Positions 20,097 through 28,908 of a DNA stretch of 30,632 bases are shown piece after piece. The translations under genes were made by a program, and so were the position numbers. The stretch comes from Candidatus Hermodarchaeota archaeon (GTDB taxonomy: Archaea; Asgardarchaeota; Lokiarchaeia; Sigyniarchaeales; SOKP01). Numbering within the stretch: the stretch's first letter is position 1; each line of letters begins with the position of its first letter. The notes below the pieces were generated by a model. That model did no database searches. It was not told the DNA's origin and was given only the letters and a program-made list of their open reading frames with translations. Where the stretch lies: NCBI GenBank assembly GCA_048885525.1, contig JBHLLP010000041.1, forward strand, positions 1-30,632, in the 5' to 3' direction.

Positions 20097-21299
20097 ATGA
20101 ATGATATAAAAGTAGATTGGAAAGGTCATGTGAAAAAATATCAAGCAGCGATGGATGAATTAAACCTTGATTTTTGTGTTCTTACTCGTGTTAAATCGAT
20201 TACGTATCTAACTGGTTGTTTCGTACCTTGGAAAAGTTATATATTTCTCCCGAAAGAAGGTGCTGGAGAACCAATCTTATTTACTGTTTTATTAGATACC
20301 GAAAGAGTAAAAACAGAAGGACACTTGGAAGATGTTCAGGGCTGGGGTCCTCTTAAAGGTTTCTATATTGAAAAAAAACTCCAAAAGGAAGCTAAAAAAT
20401 CTGGCTTATATAAAATAAAAGGTTCCCCACCTAGAATTGGAGTTGAATTAGGACTCGATATCTGTGTGACAGGTCAAATGTTATCTTATTCAGAGGCTCA
20501 ATTATTAAAACAAGTGTTTCCAGGGTGCGAATTGGTGGATTTTAATGAAAAAACTGAAAGGATACAATTTATTAAAGAACCAGAAGAAATCATCTTATTG
20601 AGAAAAGCAAGTGAAATCACGGATATAGGTCAAATGACTGTAAAGACAGCATTAGAAGAACGCCCTTTGGGTAAAATTTTCACAGAAAATGAGATAGCGG
20701 GAATTGGGACGTTAGCAATGAGGAAAGCTGGAAGTAATTATGAATGGACGTTTACTGGGAATCAAGAGATCGGTTCAGGATACCGTGCGAGTTGGACTTT
20801 TAATGGGTGTACACCTGCAACAAATAAAAAAGTTAAAGAGGGTGAATCGTTATTAGTAGATCTTCACAGTGAATTTGGATGTTATCTCGGAGATTTAAGT
20901 CATAATTACATCCTTGGTAAATATCCTTCAGAATTGAAAGCCTTTAATGATGTATATGAACAGCTTTGTTATACTCTTATCGATAATATGTATCCTGGAA
21001 ACACATTTGAAGATTGTTATCAAGAAGTAAGAAAGGTTGCTGAAAAAGAGGGATATGAAAATGATTTATTCTTTGGAATTGGTCATGGGATAGGGTGTAT
21101 TGGAAATGAATCATGGCCAGTTGTAATCCCCGGGAAAGAATGGGGTCCGATGGTCTTTGAGGAAAATATGGTTGAAATAGCAGCAATAGTATTTAATCGT
21201 CCCGGACTTGGAGGTCTTCGACTTGAGTCACCAACCCTGGTTACAAGTAAAGGCGCCGAAGTACTTCCCAAAACGCCATTCGAAGTTGATTATGTATAG
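20097..21299 (+). CDS. Peptidase M24 / creatinase-like (Xaa-Pro peptidase family), divergent active site
   Basis: Creatinase-like N-domain (ITYLTG), IKEPEEI, VDL..Y.GD, GHGIG and GGLRLE..LVT..GAEVL. Confidence 0.85.
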   Translation: MNDIKVDWKGHVKKYQAAMDELNLDFCVLTRVKSITYLTGCFVPWKSYIFLPKEGAGEPILFTVLLDTERVKTEGHLEDVQGWGPLKGFYIEKKLQKEAKKSGLYKIKGSPPRIGVELGLDICVTGQMLSYSEAQLLKQVFPGCELVDFNEKTERIQFIKEPEEIILLRKASEITDIGQMTVKTALEERPLGKIFTENEIAGIGTLAMRKAGSNYEWTFTGNQEIGSGYRASWTFNGCTPATNKKVKEGESLLVDLHSEFGCYLGDLSHNYILGKYPSELKAFNDVYEQLCYTLIDNMYPGNTFEDCYQEVRKVAEKEGYENDLFFGIGHGIGCIGNESWPVVIPGKEWGPMVFEENMVEIAAIVFNRPGLGGLRLESPTLVTSKGAEVLPKTPFEVDYV

Positions 21300-21455
21300 A
21301 TTTGATTATTTCATCTTTAGAATAATTAAATTTAAGTTCTTTTAACAAAAAATTCCTAAATGCTATGGAAACATCTAAATCTTAAAAGGAAACATTTTTT
21401 CAATTTATTGAATCTAAAAATCTATTTAAAATACCATGATACTCATTTCTTTTGA

Positions 21456-21698
21456 GTAAAGTGCCAAGAACTCAATGAAAAAGCAATTAAATTTATGAAA
21501 ATTCAATCAACTGGTCCAACAATTGCTTTTAATACAATTAAAAGATTACTTAGAGAATATTTTAATGCCGGTTTAGAAAAATCAGAAAAATTATTATTAG
21601 AAATAGTTCCTAAACTTTTTGAAACAGAGGATATCAAAATTGGCATTGAATCTTTTAAAAGAAAAGGACCTGGGAAAGCAATCTTTAAAGGTAAATAA
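21456..21698 (+). pseudogene. C-terminal remnant of an enoyl-CoA hydratase/crotonase gene
   Basis: ELNEKAIKFMKIQSTGPTIAFNTIKRLL...LFETEDIKIGIESFKRKGPGKAIFKGK matches crotonase C-terminal helices (TED.K.G...F.....P.F.GK). The frame is closed by TGA at 21453 and the catalytic domain is absent. Confidence 0.7.
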
Positions 21699-21765
21699 TC
21701 TTATTACCATATTATTTTTATTTTAATTTGAGATACGTAAAATGTAGGAGTTATAGGAGTCTTTT

Positions 21766-22923
21766 CTATAATTTAAGAACAAATTTTTCAATTCTGTTCA
21801 TCGCTTCCGTAAGTTTTTCTATCTCAGTAGCATATGATATTCGTATCATATTATCTGAAAATGACCCGAATATATTTCCAGGTACGATGGCTACAGCTTG
21901 TTCTTTCATAATTCTCTGTGAAAATTGAGAACCAGTCAAATTAAATTTTTCAGTTGATGGCATTACATAAAATGCTCCTTGTGGCTTAATAAGATCAAAC
22001 CCAATTTCTTTTAATCTCCTATATACTAAATTTCGTCTTTTATCGAAACTCTTCCAAATTTCCTTAAAAAAATCAGTTCCCATTTTATAAGCTTCAATAA
22101 AACCATATTGAGCAGCATGATTAGTTCCAGCTACTGTATATTGATGGAACTTTTCCATTAAATCAATTATATTTGATGGAGCAACCACATAACCTAATCT
22201 GAATCCAGTAGCAGAGAACAATTTTGAAATAGCATTTACAGTCACAGTTCGTTCAAACATACCATTTAGAGAAGCTGGACTTATATGTTTAAGACCATCG
22301 TAGATATAATTTTCATAGACCTCATCGGTGATTAGATATAAATCATGATTAATAATAATATCTATAATTTTGGTTAATTCTTTTGGATTAAGAGCATGAC
22401 CAGTTGGATTATTTGGAGAATTGATAAGCATAGCCTTAGTTTTATTTGTAACTGCTTTTCTTATTCCTTCAATATTAAGGCTAAAATCTTTGTTTCTCTC
22501 AACTTCTATTACCTTCACACCAAAAAAGGAAGCACAATAAAAATAGGAGACAAAGTTTGGTGAAGAAATGATCATTTCATCCCCAGGATTAAATAAAGAT
22601 GCAAATGCTAGAGTTATTGCTTGACTAGCTCCATTAGTAACAATAATATTTTCTCTCCAATTAATGGGGATCTTATTAACATCAGCCATCTTTTTTTCAA
22701 TCAATTTTAATAACTCCGGAACACCTCTAGTAGGGGCATACATTGTAATATTTTTTTTCAATGCATTAATGTTACCTTGTATTACAGGTGCAGGTGTATG
22801 AAAATCTGGCTGTCCAATCCCTAGACTAATAACATCTGAACGTTCTAAAGCAAGATCAAATAAATCTCTAATAGCTGACTTTGGAGCTTTAGATAATCTA
22901 TGTGAAGTCTCTTTCATGATCAA
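21766..22923 (-). CDS. Class I/II PLP-dependent aminotransferase (aspartate/aromatic type)
   Basis: Motifs LGIGQPDF, VTNGASQA, NSPNNPTG, TDEVYE, SKLFSATGFRLGY and IRISYA. Confidence 0.95.
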   Translation of the reverse strand: MIMKETSHRLSKAPKSAIRDLFDLALERSDVISLGIGQPDFHTPAPVIQGNINALKKNITMYAPTRGVPELLKLIEKKMADVNKIPINWRENIIVTNGASQAITLAFASLFNPGDEMIISSPNFVSYFYCASFFGVKVIEVERNKDFSLNIEGIRKAVTNKTKAMLINSPNNPTGHALNPKELTKIIDIIINHDLYLITDEVYENYIYDGLKHISPASLNGMFERTVTVNAISKLFSATGFRLGYVVAPSNIIDLMEKFHQYTVAGTNHAAQYGFIEAYKMGTDFFKEIWKSFDKRRNLVYRRLKEIGFDLIKPQGAFYVMPSTEKFNLTGSQFSQRIMKEQAVAIVPGNIFGSFSDNMIRISYATEIEKLTEAMNRIEKFVLKL

Positions 22924-23004
22924 TTCTTTTTATTTGATTATATTAAAAGTTTGCTTGTTACTATACTGATACAAAAAAGAGTTTTTTGAGGTTATTAAAA
23001 TTTT

Positions 23005-23559
23005 TTAAATATATACCCCATGATTACTCAAAATTTCATGTACTAAAAGAGAAAAAGCTTCTTCGATATTTTCTCCTAATTTGGCACTTGTTTCTATGAA
23101 GTGGCTAGCTTTGATTTTTTTAGCTAATTCTTTTCCTCTTTGGGTGGGGATTACTCTCTGATCTTTTAAATCACTTTTATTCCCAATTAATATAAATGCT
23201 CCTTTTTTCTTTACGTGTTTTTTGAAGTCTCGTAGCCATCTATTATTAATGTTCTCTAACGTATTATATCGTGTTACATCATAAACAAGTAGAGCACCTT
23301 GACACCCTTGAAAGTACATACTACGAACTACTTGATATTTTTCTTGACCCGCCAAATCCCACATGATTAATCTTACTTTTGTACTATTCAAGATTACATC
23401 TTTACGTACAATATTTGCTCCTAATGTAGGCTTGTAATCCTCATTAAATGAGCCTTCTACAAACTGACTTATCAAAGATGTCTTTCCTACAGCAGCATCT
23501 CCGAGTATTACTATTTTATACACAAATTCACGATCGAGATTAGCTTCTTCTAAAGTCAT
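23005..23559 (-). CDS. Rab-like small GTPase, no prenylation motif
   Basis: G1 GDAAVGKTS, YKPTLG, WDLAGQ, NKSD and ETSAK. Confidence 0.93.
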   Translation of the reverse strand: MTLEEANLDREFVYKIVILGDAAVGKTSLISQFVEGSFNEDYKPTLGANIVRKDVILNSTKVRLIMWDLAGQEKYQVVRSMYFQGCQGALLVYDVTRYNTLENINNRWLRDFKKHVKKKGAFILIGNKSDLKDQRVIPTQRGKELAKKIKASHFIETSAKLGENIEEAFSLLVHEILSNHGVYI

Positions 23560-23686
23560 TATGCAATTTATTATTTTGTTGTAAGTCTATTTAATATTTT
23601 ATTTCTAAAATGATAAATGAGATTTTTATATTACAAATATTAGGATTCCTTCTATAAATTATACTAATATAATCTTCATCAAAATA

Positions 23687-24253
23687 TTATTTAAGACTTT
23701 TCTTAATTTTTAATTTAACTAAAAAACTATTATGAGTTGGATCGTTTACATCTTCTGCTTCAGTTTCATAGATAACCATTTGTTCTGATGGTAATGATTT
23801 CTGTAAAGAATGAACTAAAAACCCGATAAATAAGTCGCAAGGAACTCCAATCTCAGAACAGAAGATACACCTTTCAACTTGAATAGTAATTATATTTTCA
23901 TTATTACTTAAAATCTCAACGTTCCAATCTGTTATAATAGACGTATTAATTTCATTTATTATCTCTTCAAATTTTAACCCAAAAGGGAATAAGTAAAAGG
24001 AAAATTTCTTACCGATTTCATAGAGTAGTTTTGTAGATTCATATAATAAGCAATTCTGAGCAGAAATGATTTTCTTAAATGAGAAATAATCTAAAGTATC
24101 TTGTGGGTTTATATCCTTTATATCTTTTATATGCATCATTTCTGCTTCTCTTAGAATTGATTTCATTCCATCATAATCAAGGATGTCATAATATGCTTGT
24201 AGTAATGCTATGACTACCTTGTTCTTTACGAATCCTTTATAATCTCCAATCAT
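23687..24253 (-). CDS. V4R/H-NOX-like domain protein
   Basis: NK....LL.A..DIL..DG.KSIL N-terminus, LLYEIGK and IQVERCIFCSEIGVPCDLFIGFL, typical of long 4VR proteins. The distal Cys pair is missing. Confidence 0.65.
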   Translation of the reverse strand: MIGDYKGFVKNKVVIALLQAYYDILDYDGMKSILREAEMMHIKDIKDINPQDTLDYFSFKKIISAQNCLLYESTKLLYEIGKKFSFYLFPFGLKFEEIINEINTSIITDWNVEILSNNENIITIQVERCIFCSEIGVPCDLFIGFLVHSLQKSLPSEQMVIYETEAEDVNDPTHNSFLVKLKIKKSLK

Positions 24254-24309
24254 TTCTGTTAAAAATGATGTTTTATTTTAGTAATTTTTCTAATTTAATT
24301 AATTTTTTT

Positions 24310-24870
24310 TTAATTTAATTCGATATTAACTCCACTTTTATTTAAAATATATAAAATTAAGCTCTTAAATACCATTTCTACATTTTCTCCATATTTAGCA
24401 CTTGTTTCAATAAACTCAGCTGCATTAATTTTTTGAGCTAATAATTTCCCATGTTCGGATGATACATTAATTGAATCCTCTAAATCTAATTTGTTACCAA
24501 TCAAATTAAAAACTCCATTGGGTTTACCAAATTTTAAAAAATCCTCAAGTCATTTTGAAGTTATATGTTTGTATGTTGAATATCGTGTTTTGTCGTAAAC
24601 AAATAATGCTCCTGAACATCCTTGAAAAAACATCTTGCGTGTTAACTCATATTTAGCTTGACTAGCGATGTCCCACAAGAGAAGACGAATATTAGAATTA
24701 ATCTCTTCAATATATTTGTCTTTTGTAACGATATTTACACCCAAATTAGGCTGGTAATTCTCACTAAATGAATCAGTGATATATTTATCAATTAAAGATG
24801 TTTTCCCTACGGCAGGATCTCCTAGTATCGCTATTTTTAATGCTCATTCTCTCTTTTTAATTTCTCCCAT
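24310..24870 (-). pseudogene. Full-length Rab-like GTPase frame interrupted by two in-frame TGA codons
   Basis: Single frame from ATG 24870: MGEIKKRE*ALKIAILGDPAVGKTS...YQPNLG...WDIASQ...HITSK*LEDF...LIGNKLD...ETSAKYGENVE...ELN*. TGA at 24846-24844 and 24552-24550. Joins track ORFs 24550..24744 and 24310..24504. Confidence 0.85.
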
Positions 24871-24887
24871 TAATCATTAACCTACTC

Positions 24888-25316
24888 TCATATATTTAAA
24901 AGTAACAAATCGAATTGAGGATCATTAGTTCGATAAAATTTTTTATCAGTTTCAAATATACTAACCTCCCCAGTAACTGAAACGATACTCGGTTTACCTA
25001 AATGCCCACCTATTACACTATAATCTTTTCTTCCTAAAGATACATGCAAATGAATAACTGGTTCATCGTCCTTATAAGTTACATTTCCTATACACGTAAT
25101 CAATTCAACATTTTCATTAAAAGTTTCTATTTTATAGTTTTTAGAATCAATTTCAAAAAACCCAATTGTAAATTTTTTCAGCGCTCCAATAGCGTTGATA
25201 ATTCCAGATTTAATATTATGTTTTTTTACTATATTAATTATAGAATCCATTAAATCCTCATCAGGCTCTACTTTTCCAATAATTATTCGTTTGCTTTTAG
25301 TTTCAAAACTCTTCAA
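24888..25316 (-). CDS. PPC domain / DUF296 (AF0104-like) protein
   Basis: EPDEDL, AIGAL, ELITCIGN, IHLHVSLG, GGHL and VTGEV. Confidence 0.9.
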   Translation of the reverse strand: MKSFETKSKRIIIGKVEPDEDLMDSIINIVKKHNIKSGIINAIGALKKFTIGFFEIDSKNYKIETFNENVELITCIGNVTYKDDEPVIHLHVSLGRKDYSVIGGHLGKPSIVSVTGEVSIFETDKKFYRTNDPQFDLLLLNI

Positions 25317-25343
25317 TTTAACACACTTGAATGGTTTAAATAT

Positions 25344-25472
25344 TTAATTTTCAATCCTTAAATTTTCCAAAACCTTGTCAATTGATTTCTTGAATGCTTC
25401 TTCTACATTATCTCCATATTTGGAGATAACGTATAAACCCAGTTTTAAAACGATAAACTCGTCTCCAAACAT
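25344..25472 (-). pseudogene. C-terminal remnant of another small GTPase gene
   Basis: 42-codon frame MFGDEFIVLKLGLYVISKYGDNVEEAFKKSIDKVLENLRIEN*. KYGDNVEEAF matches the G5/alpha5 region of its neighbours (SAKYGENVEMVF, SAKLGENIEEAF). Confidence 0.6.
25404..25433. repeat. Quasi-palindrome with 13-bp arms, 1 mismatch and a 4-nt loop
   Basis: TACATTATCTCCA-TATT-TGGAGATAACGTA. Confidence 0.8.
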
Positions 25473-25612
25473 CGATGATCGAAAAATCCCTTCTAATATG
25501 TTATAGTTAAGATAGATTCATTTCTTTTATATTTGAGCTAAAGAAGTGATTTTTAGATCTTTTCTACGAAATATAATTTTGACTTTAATTCGAAAAATTA
25601 ATTACAGTAAAC

Positions 25613-25620
25613 TTTTATAA
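25613..25620 (+). promoter_or_regulatory. BRE/TATA promoter of the MoxR operon
   Basis: GTAAAC-TTTTATAA about 31 nt upstream of the GTG start at 25652, consistent with a near-leaderless archaeal transcript. Confidence 0.5.
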
Positions 25621-25651
25621 GAATTATTAGTATATAGGAATGTGAAATATT

Positions 25652-26611
25652 GTGCCCGAGAAAATAAAAATTTCAGATGTAGAATTACTGTTATCTGAAC
25701 CAGCTCAAGTTGATATGGAATGGGTTGGAAATGATGATTTAATTAAGCAGTTAAAAGCAGCATGGATGATTGTCGATAAAGAGGACTTACCTCTCAATCC
25801 TCGAATTCTTGGAAAACCTGGTGTAGGGAAAACGACACTTGCTTATGCTGCTGGAAGAAGATTAGGAAAAGATGTATATATGTTTCAATGTACAATGGAT
25901 ACACGCCCCGAAGATCTACTAATCAGTCCTGTTATTGCTTCAGATAATAAAATAGCATATGTTGCGAGTTCTTTAGTGTCAGCTATGGTGAAAGGAGGCG
26001 TTTGTTTGCTGGATGAGGGAAATAGAATGAGTGAAAAAAGTTGGGCATCATTAGCGCCTTTGATGGATAAAAGACGATACGTTGAGAGTATTATTGCCGG
26101 AATAAGGATTTACGCTCATCCAGATTTCCGATTATGCGTGACCATGAATGCTGATTCAAGTACATATGAAATTCCAGAATATATTCAATCACGTCTGCAA
26201 CCTAAGATTTATATAGATTTTCCAAATAAAATTGATGAATTGAAAATTCTAAAATACAACTTACCATTTGCCTCAGATGAAATATTAGAATATTGTGTAA
26301 AATTTCTTCAGAACGCTCATAATTATGACGAACCATATACTGTGAGAGATGGAATCAATATTATAAGGTATTATACAAAATCAAGATTAATGAATAAAGA
26401 AAACAAAGGCAAATTAGAAAAAAATACGTTTGAAAACGCAGTTATTCAAGTATTAGAAGAGGCTGCTTTAAAATATTTACCTGAAAATTATGAAGAGTTT
26501 TTAAAAAAACAAAATGAATCATTCTCATTTAAAGTATTTAGAGATTTTGATGAAGTTAATGATTATTATGATAAATTTATAAAAAAAACAGATAAAGATT
26601 CACATGGATGA
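25652..26611 (+). CDS. MoxR/CbbQ-like AAA+ ATPase (AAA_5)
   Basis: GKPGVGKTT, FQCTMDTRPEDL, LLDEGNR, AHPDFRLCVTMN and IQSRL. Confidence 0.88.
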   Translation: MPEKIKISDVELLLSEPAQVDMEWVGNDDLIKQLKAAWMIVDKEDLPLNPRILGKPGVGKTTLAYAAGRRLGKDVYMFQCTMDTRPEDLLISPVIASDNKIAYVASSLVSAMVKGGVCLLDEGNRMSEKSWASLAPLMDKRRYVESIIAGIRIYAHPDFRLCVTMNADSSTYEIPEYIQSRLQPKIYIDFPNKIDELKILKYNLPFASDEILEYCVKFLQNAHNYDEPYTVRDGINIIRYYTKSRLMNKENKGKLEKNTFENAVIQVLEEAALKYLPENYEEFLKKQNESFSFKVFRDFDEVNDYYDKFIKKTDKDSHG

Positions 26612-28592
26612 GAATCCTTTTATTAAATTTAAGAATATTTACGTTATTCCAACCTTTCATTCACGTATTGAATTTGCGAAATTAGTAAGATCAGCATTAT
26701 TTAAAGTATTTCCGGACGTAATTGCTGTAGAACTACCAAATAATATGCAAGATGAAGTAATAGAAGCAATTGATAGACTACCGTACTTATCTTTAATTGG
26801 ATATGCTGATACATTAAATCCAAAAAGATTGAATTATATACCAATAGATCCAGGAGATTCTATAATAGAAAGTATACGAATCGGTCTTGAACATAATATA
26901 CCAATCGAATTCATAGATCTTTCAGTCTCAGAGTACTTGCCTCCAAGTTTCAAACTTCCTGATGATTATGCGATTAATCAACTTGGGCTTCAAAAGTTTT
27001 ACAAGCAAATATCCGAATACTTTCAAGAAGAGTTTAAGAATAAAAAAGAGAAATTTAAAGATAATACTAACTTAGAAGAGTTCCTTAAAAATCAAGAAAA
27101 CATCGACAATGAATATGATTATACAGAAAAAGATATACTTAGAGAAAAATATATGGCAGCTCACCTATTAAAAATGATGCCTTTATATCATAGAATCTTA
27201 CTCGTTATTGGCATGGCTCATTGGGAAAATGTTAAATATTATTTAGAAAATCCTAAAAAAATTGATGACGTAGAATTGGATTTAATTCCTAATAAATATG
27301 TAAAAATTTACAATATAAGAGCTGCTGATGCGAGGTTTCTTTTAAGAGAATTGCCTTATCATACACATAAATGGTTAAAATTTAGAGATAAGTTTTCAAA
27401 AGAAAAATTAGAAAAAATTGAATCTCCTGAAGAAATTTATAAAATACTTAATTGTTATAACAAGATTGAACATATTAGAAAGATTTTTTTAAAAAGTAAA
27501 TATGATTATGAAGAGGAATTTAAAGAATTTGTAGATCTTCATAAATTAAAAACAATATTTCAATACTTAAGAAATCTTTCATTATCAGACAAGAGACTAT
27601 TGCCTAACTTGTATCAATTATTGATTGCATCAAAAAATATTGTTGATGATGATTTCGCTTGGAAAGTTATGGAAAAAGCGACAAATTATCCATATAATGA
27701 TGAAAGTGATAATTATGAGACATTAAAGATGGATTTAGAAGGTGGCCATGATCCAGATGGCAAATATATAAAATTACGTAGACATCACCCATATAACTAC
27801 GGAAAAGAAAAAGAGGTACCTCTAAAAGAAAGACCTAAAGAAAAATATCCCGGTGAATGGCGAGATAAATGGGAAGAAGGTAAAGATTATACAGTTTCTT
27901 GGCCTCCGGAAGATATTCTAGAGGAAGACTATTTTGCTTTTATAAGAAAAAAAACAATTAAGAATTTAAAAAATCAGAGAATAAAAATAGAAGAATTCAA
28001 ATCCAGTTTAATGGATGGAATCGCGATTAAAGAAACTATTAGGAATTGGGCTTTTAAAAAGAAGATTTATGTGCAGAATATTCAACAGATTCAAGGTAAA
28101 ATCGATACAATTGTTGTCATATTTGATAAGGATGATGAAAAAATAGAAAGATATCCATATAAATTGACTTGGTGGGCAGAACATGATAGAGAGAGTGATA
28201 TGGCTTTCTATTCGACTAATCCTGGAGATTATATTATTGGCCCAGGAATTACACATGTTGAAGTTGGAGGATTATTGTCAATCTTTCCAGCACTGTTTCT
28301 AAGATCAATTTTTGACCCATATATGGATAATGAATACAGAGATACTAAAAATAAAGCAGAACGCTTACTTAAGGCTGCAATTATTTATTCAAAAGAACGG
28401 TATATAGCCTATGTTGCAAAAGAACCACCTCGTAAATATTTCTATTCCTTAGCGGGAATCAAAAATCGAGAACTAATTTATATTCCAATTGATAATTTTA
28501 GCAAAGATTCACTTAAAACAATCAAACATATTCACATTCTTGCTGGAAGGAACAAAAGGAAAATTGCTCATAATTATATATTTTTAGATTAA
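26604..28592 (+). CDS. Conserved MoxR-associated protein: TraB/TIKI-like N-domain and degenerate VWA-like C-domain
   Basis: IPTFHS, PDVIAVELP, REKYMA and LLVIGMAHW (TraB/TIKI/ChaN-type motifs). C-terminal DGIAIKETIRNW...IVVIFD. 8-nt overlap with the ATPase gene. Confidence 0.6.
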   Translation: MDENPFIKFKNIYVIPTFHSRIEFAKLVRSALFKVFPDVIAVELPNNMQDEVIEAIDRLPYLSLIGYADTLNPKRLNYIPIDPGDSIIESIRIGLEHNIPIEFIDLSVSEYLPPSFKLPDDYAINQLGLQKFYKQISEYFQEEFKNKKEKFKDNTNLEEFLKNQENIDNEYDYTEKDILREKYMAAHLLKMMPLYHRILLVIGMAHWENVKYYLENPKKIDDVELDLIPNKYVKIYNIRAADARFLLRELPYHTHKWLKFRDKFSKEKLEKIESPEEIYKILNCYNKIEHIRKIFLKSKYDYEEEFKEFVDLHKLKTIFQYLRNLSLSDKRLLPNLYQLLIASKNIVDDDFAWKVMEKATNYPYNDESDNYETLKMDLEGGHDPDGKYIKLRRHHPYNYGKEKEVPLKERPKEKYPGEWRDKWEEGKDYTVSWPPEDILEEDYFAFIRKKTIKNLKNQRIKIEEFKSSLMDGIAIKETIRNWAFKKKIYVQNIQQIQGKIDTIVVIFDKDDEKIERYPYKLTWWAEHDRESDMAFYSTNPGDYIIGPGITHVEVGGLLSIFPALFLRSIFDPYMDNEYRDTKNKAERLLKAAIIYSKERYIAYVAKEPPRKYFYSLAGIKNRELIYIPIDNFSKDSLKTIKHIHILAGRNKRKIAHNYIFLD

Positions 28593-28908
28593 TGAGTGAA
28601 TAAATAGAGAAAATACCAAAATATTTTTTAGAACGCTTTGCTTTATTTTAAATATAACGTGGATGTGGAAGCTATGAATAAAAATGCTAAATTCTTTGGT
28701 TTTACACAAAATATGATTGAGATCATATCCACGATTATTATTATCTAAATTCATTTATTTGTGAAGCGAATATTCTAAGCTTTTCCTCCACATCCTGCTT
28801 CAGAAATATCCCATATTTGAATTTTAATATTAACTCATAACTGTTAATTAAATATTTTTTTTGTATTTGTAAGTCAAAATTAATGATGGATAAAAAAAAT
28901 TAAGAAAG

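Noticed and set aside
24310-24870. Genome-wide UGA=Trp code, or a selenoprotein GTPase
   Set aside because: TGA terminates other genes here (ATGA overlap at 15630-15633, also 14924, 24888 and 26611), and Trp is TGG throughout. The UGA sites align to aromatic rather than Cys positions, and no SECIS-like hairpin was evident downstream.
23005-24870. DGR template/variable repeat pair between the two GTPase paralogues
   Set aside because: The copies differ at many non-adenine positions and there is no reverse transcriptase in the window.
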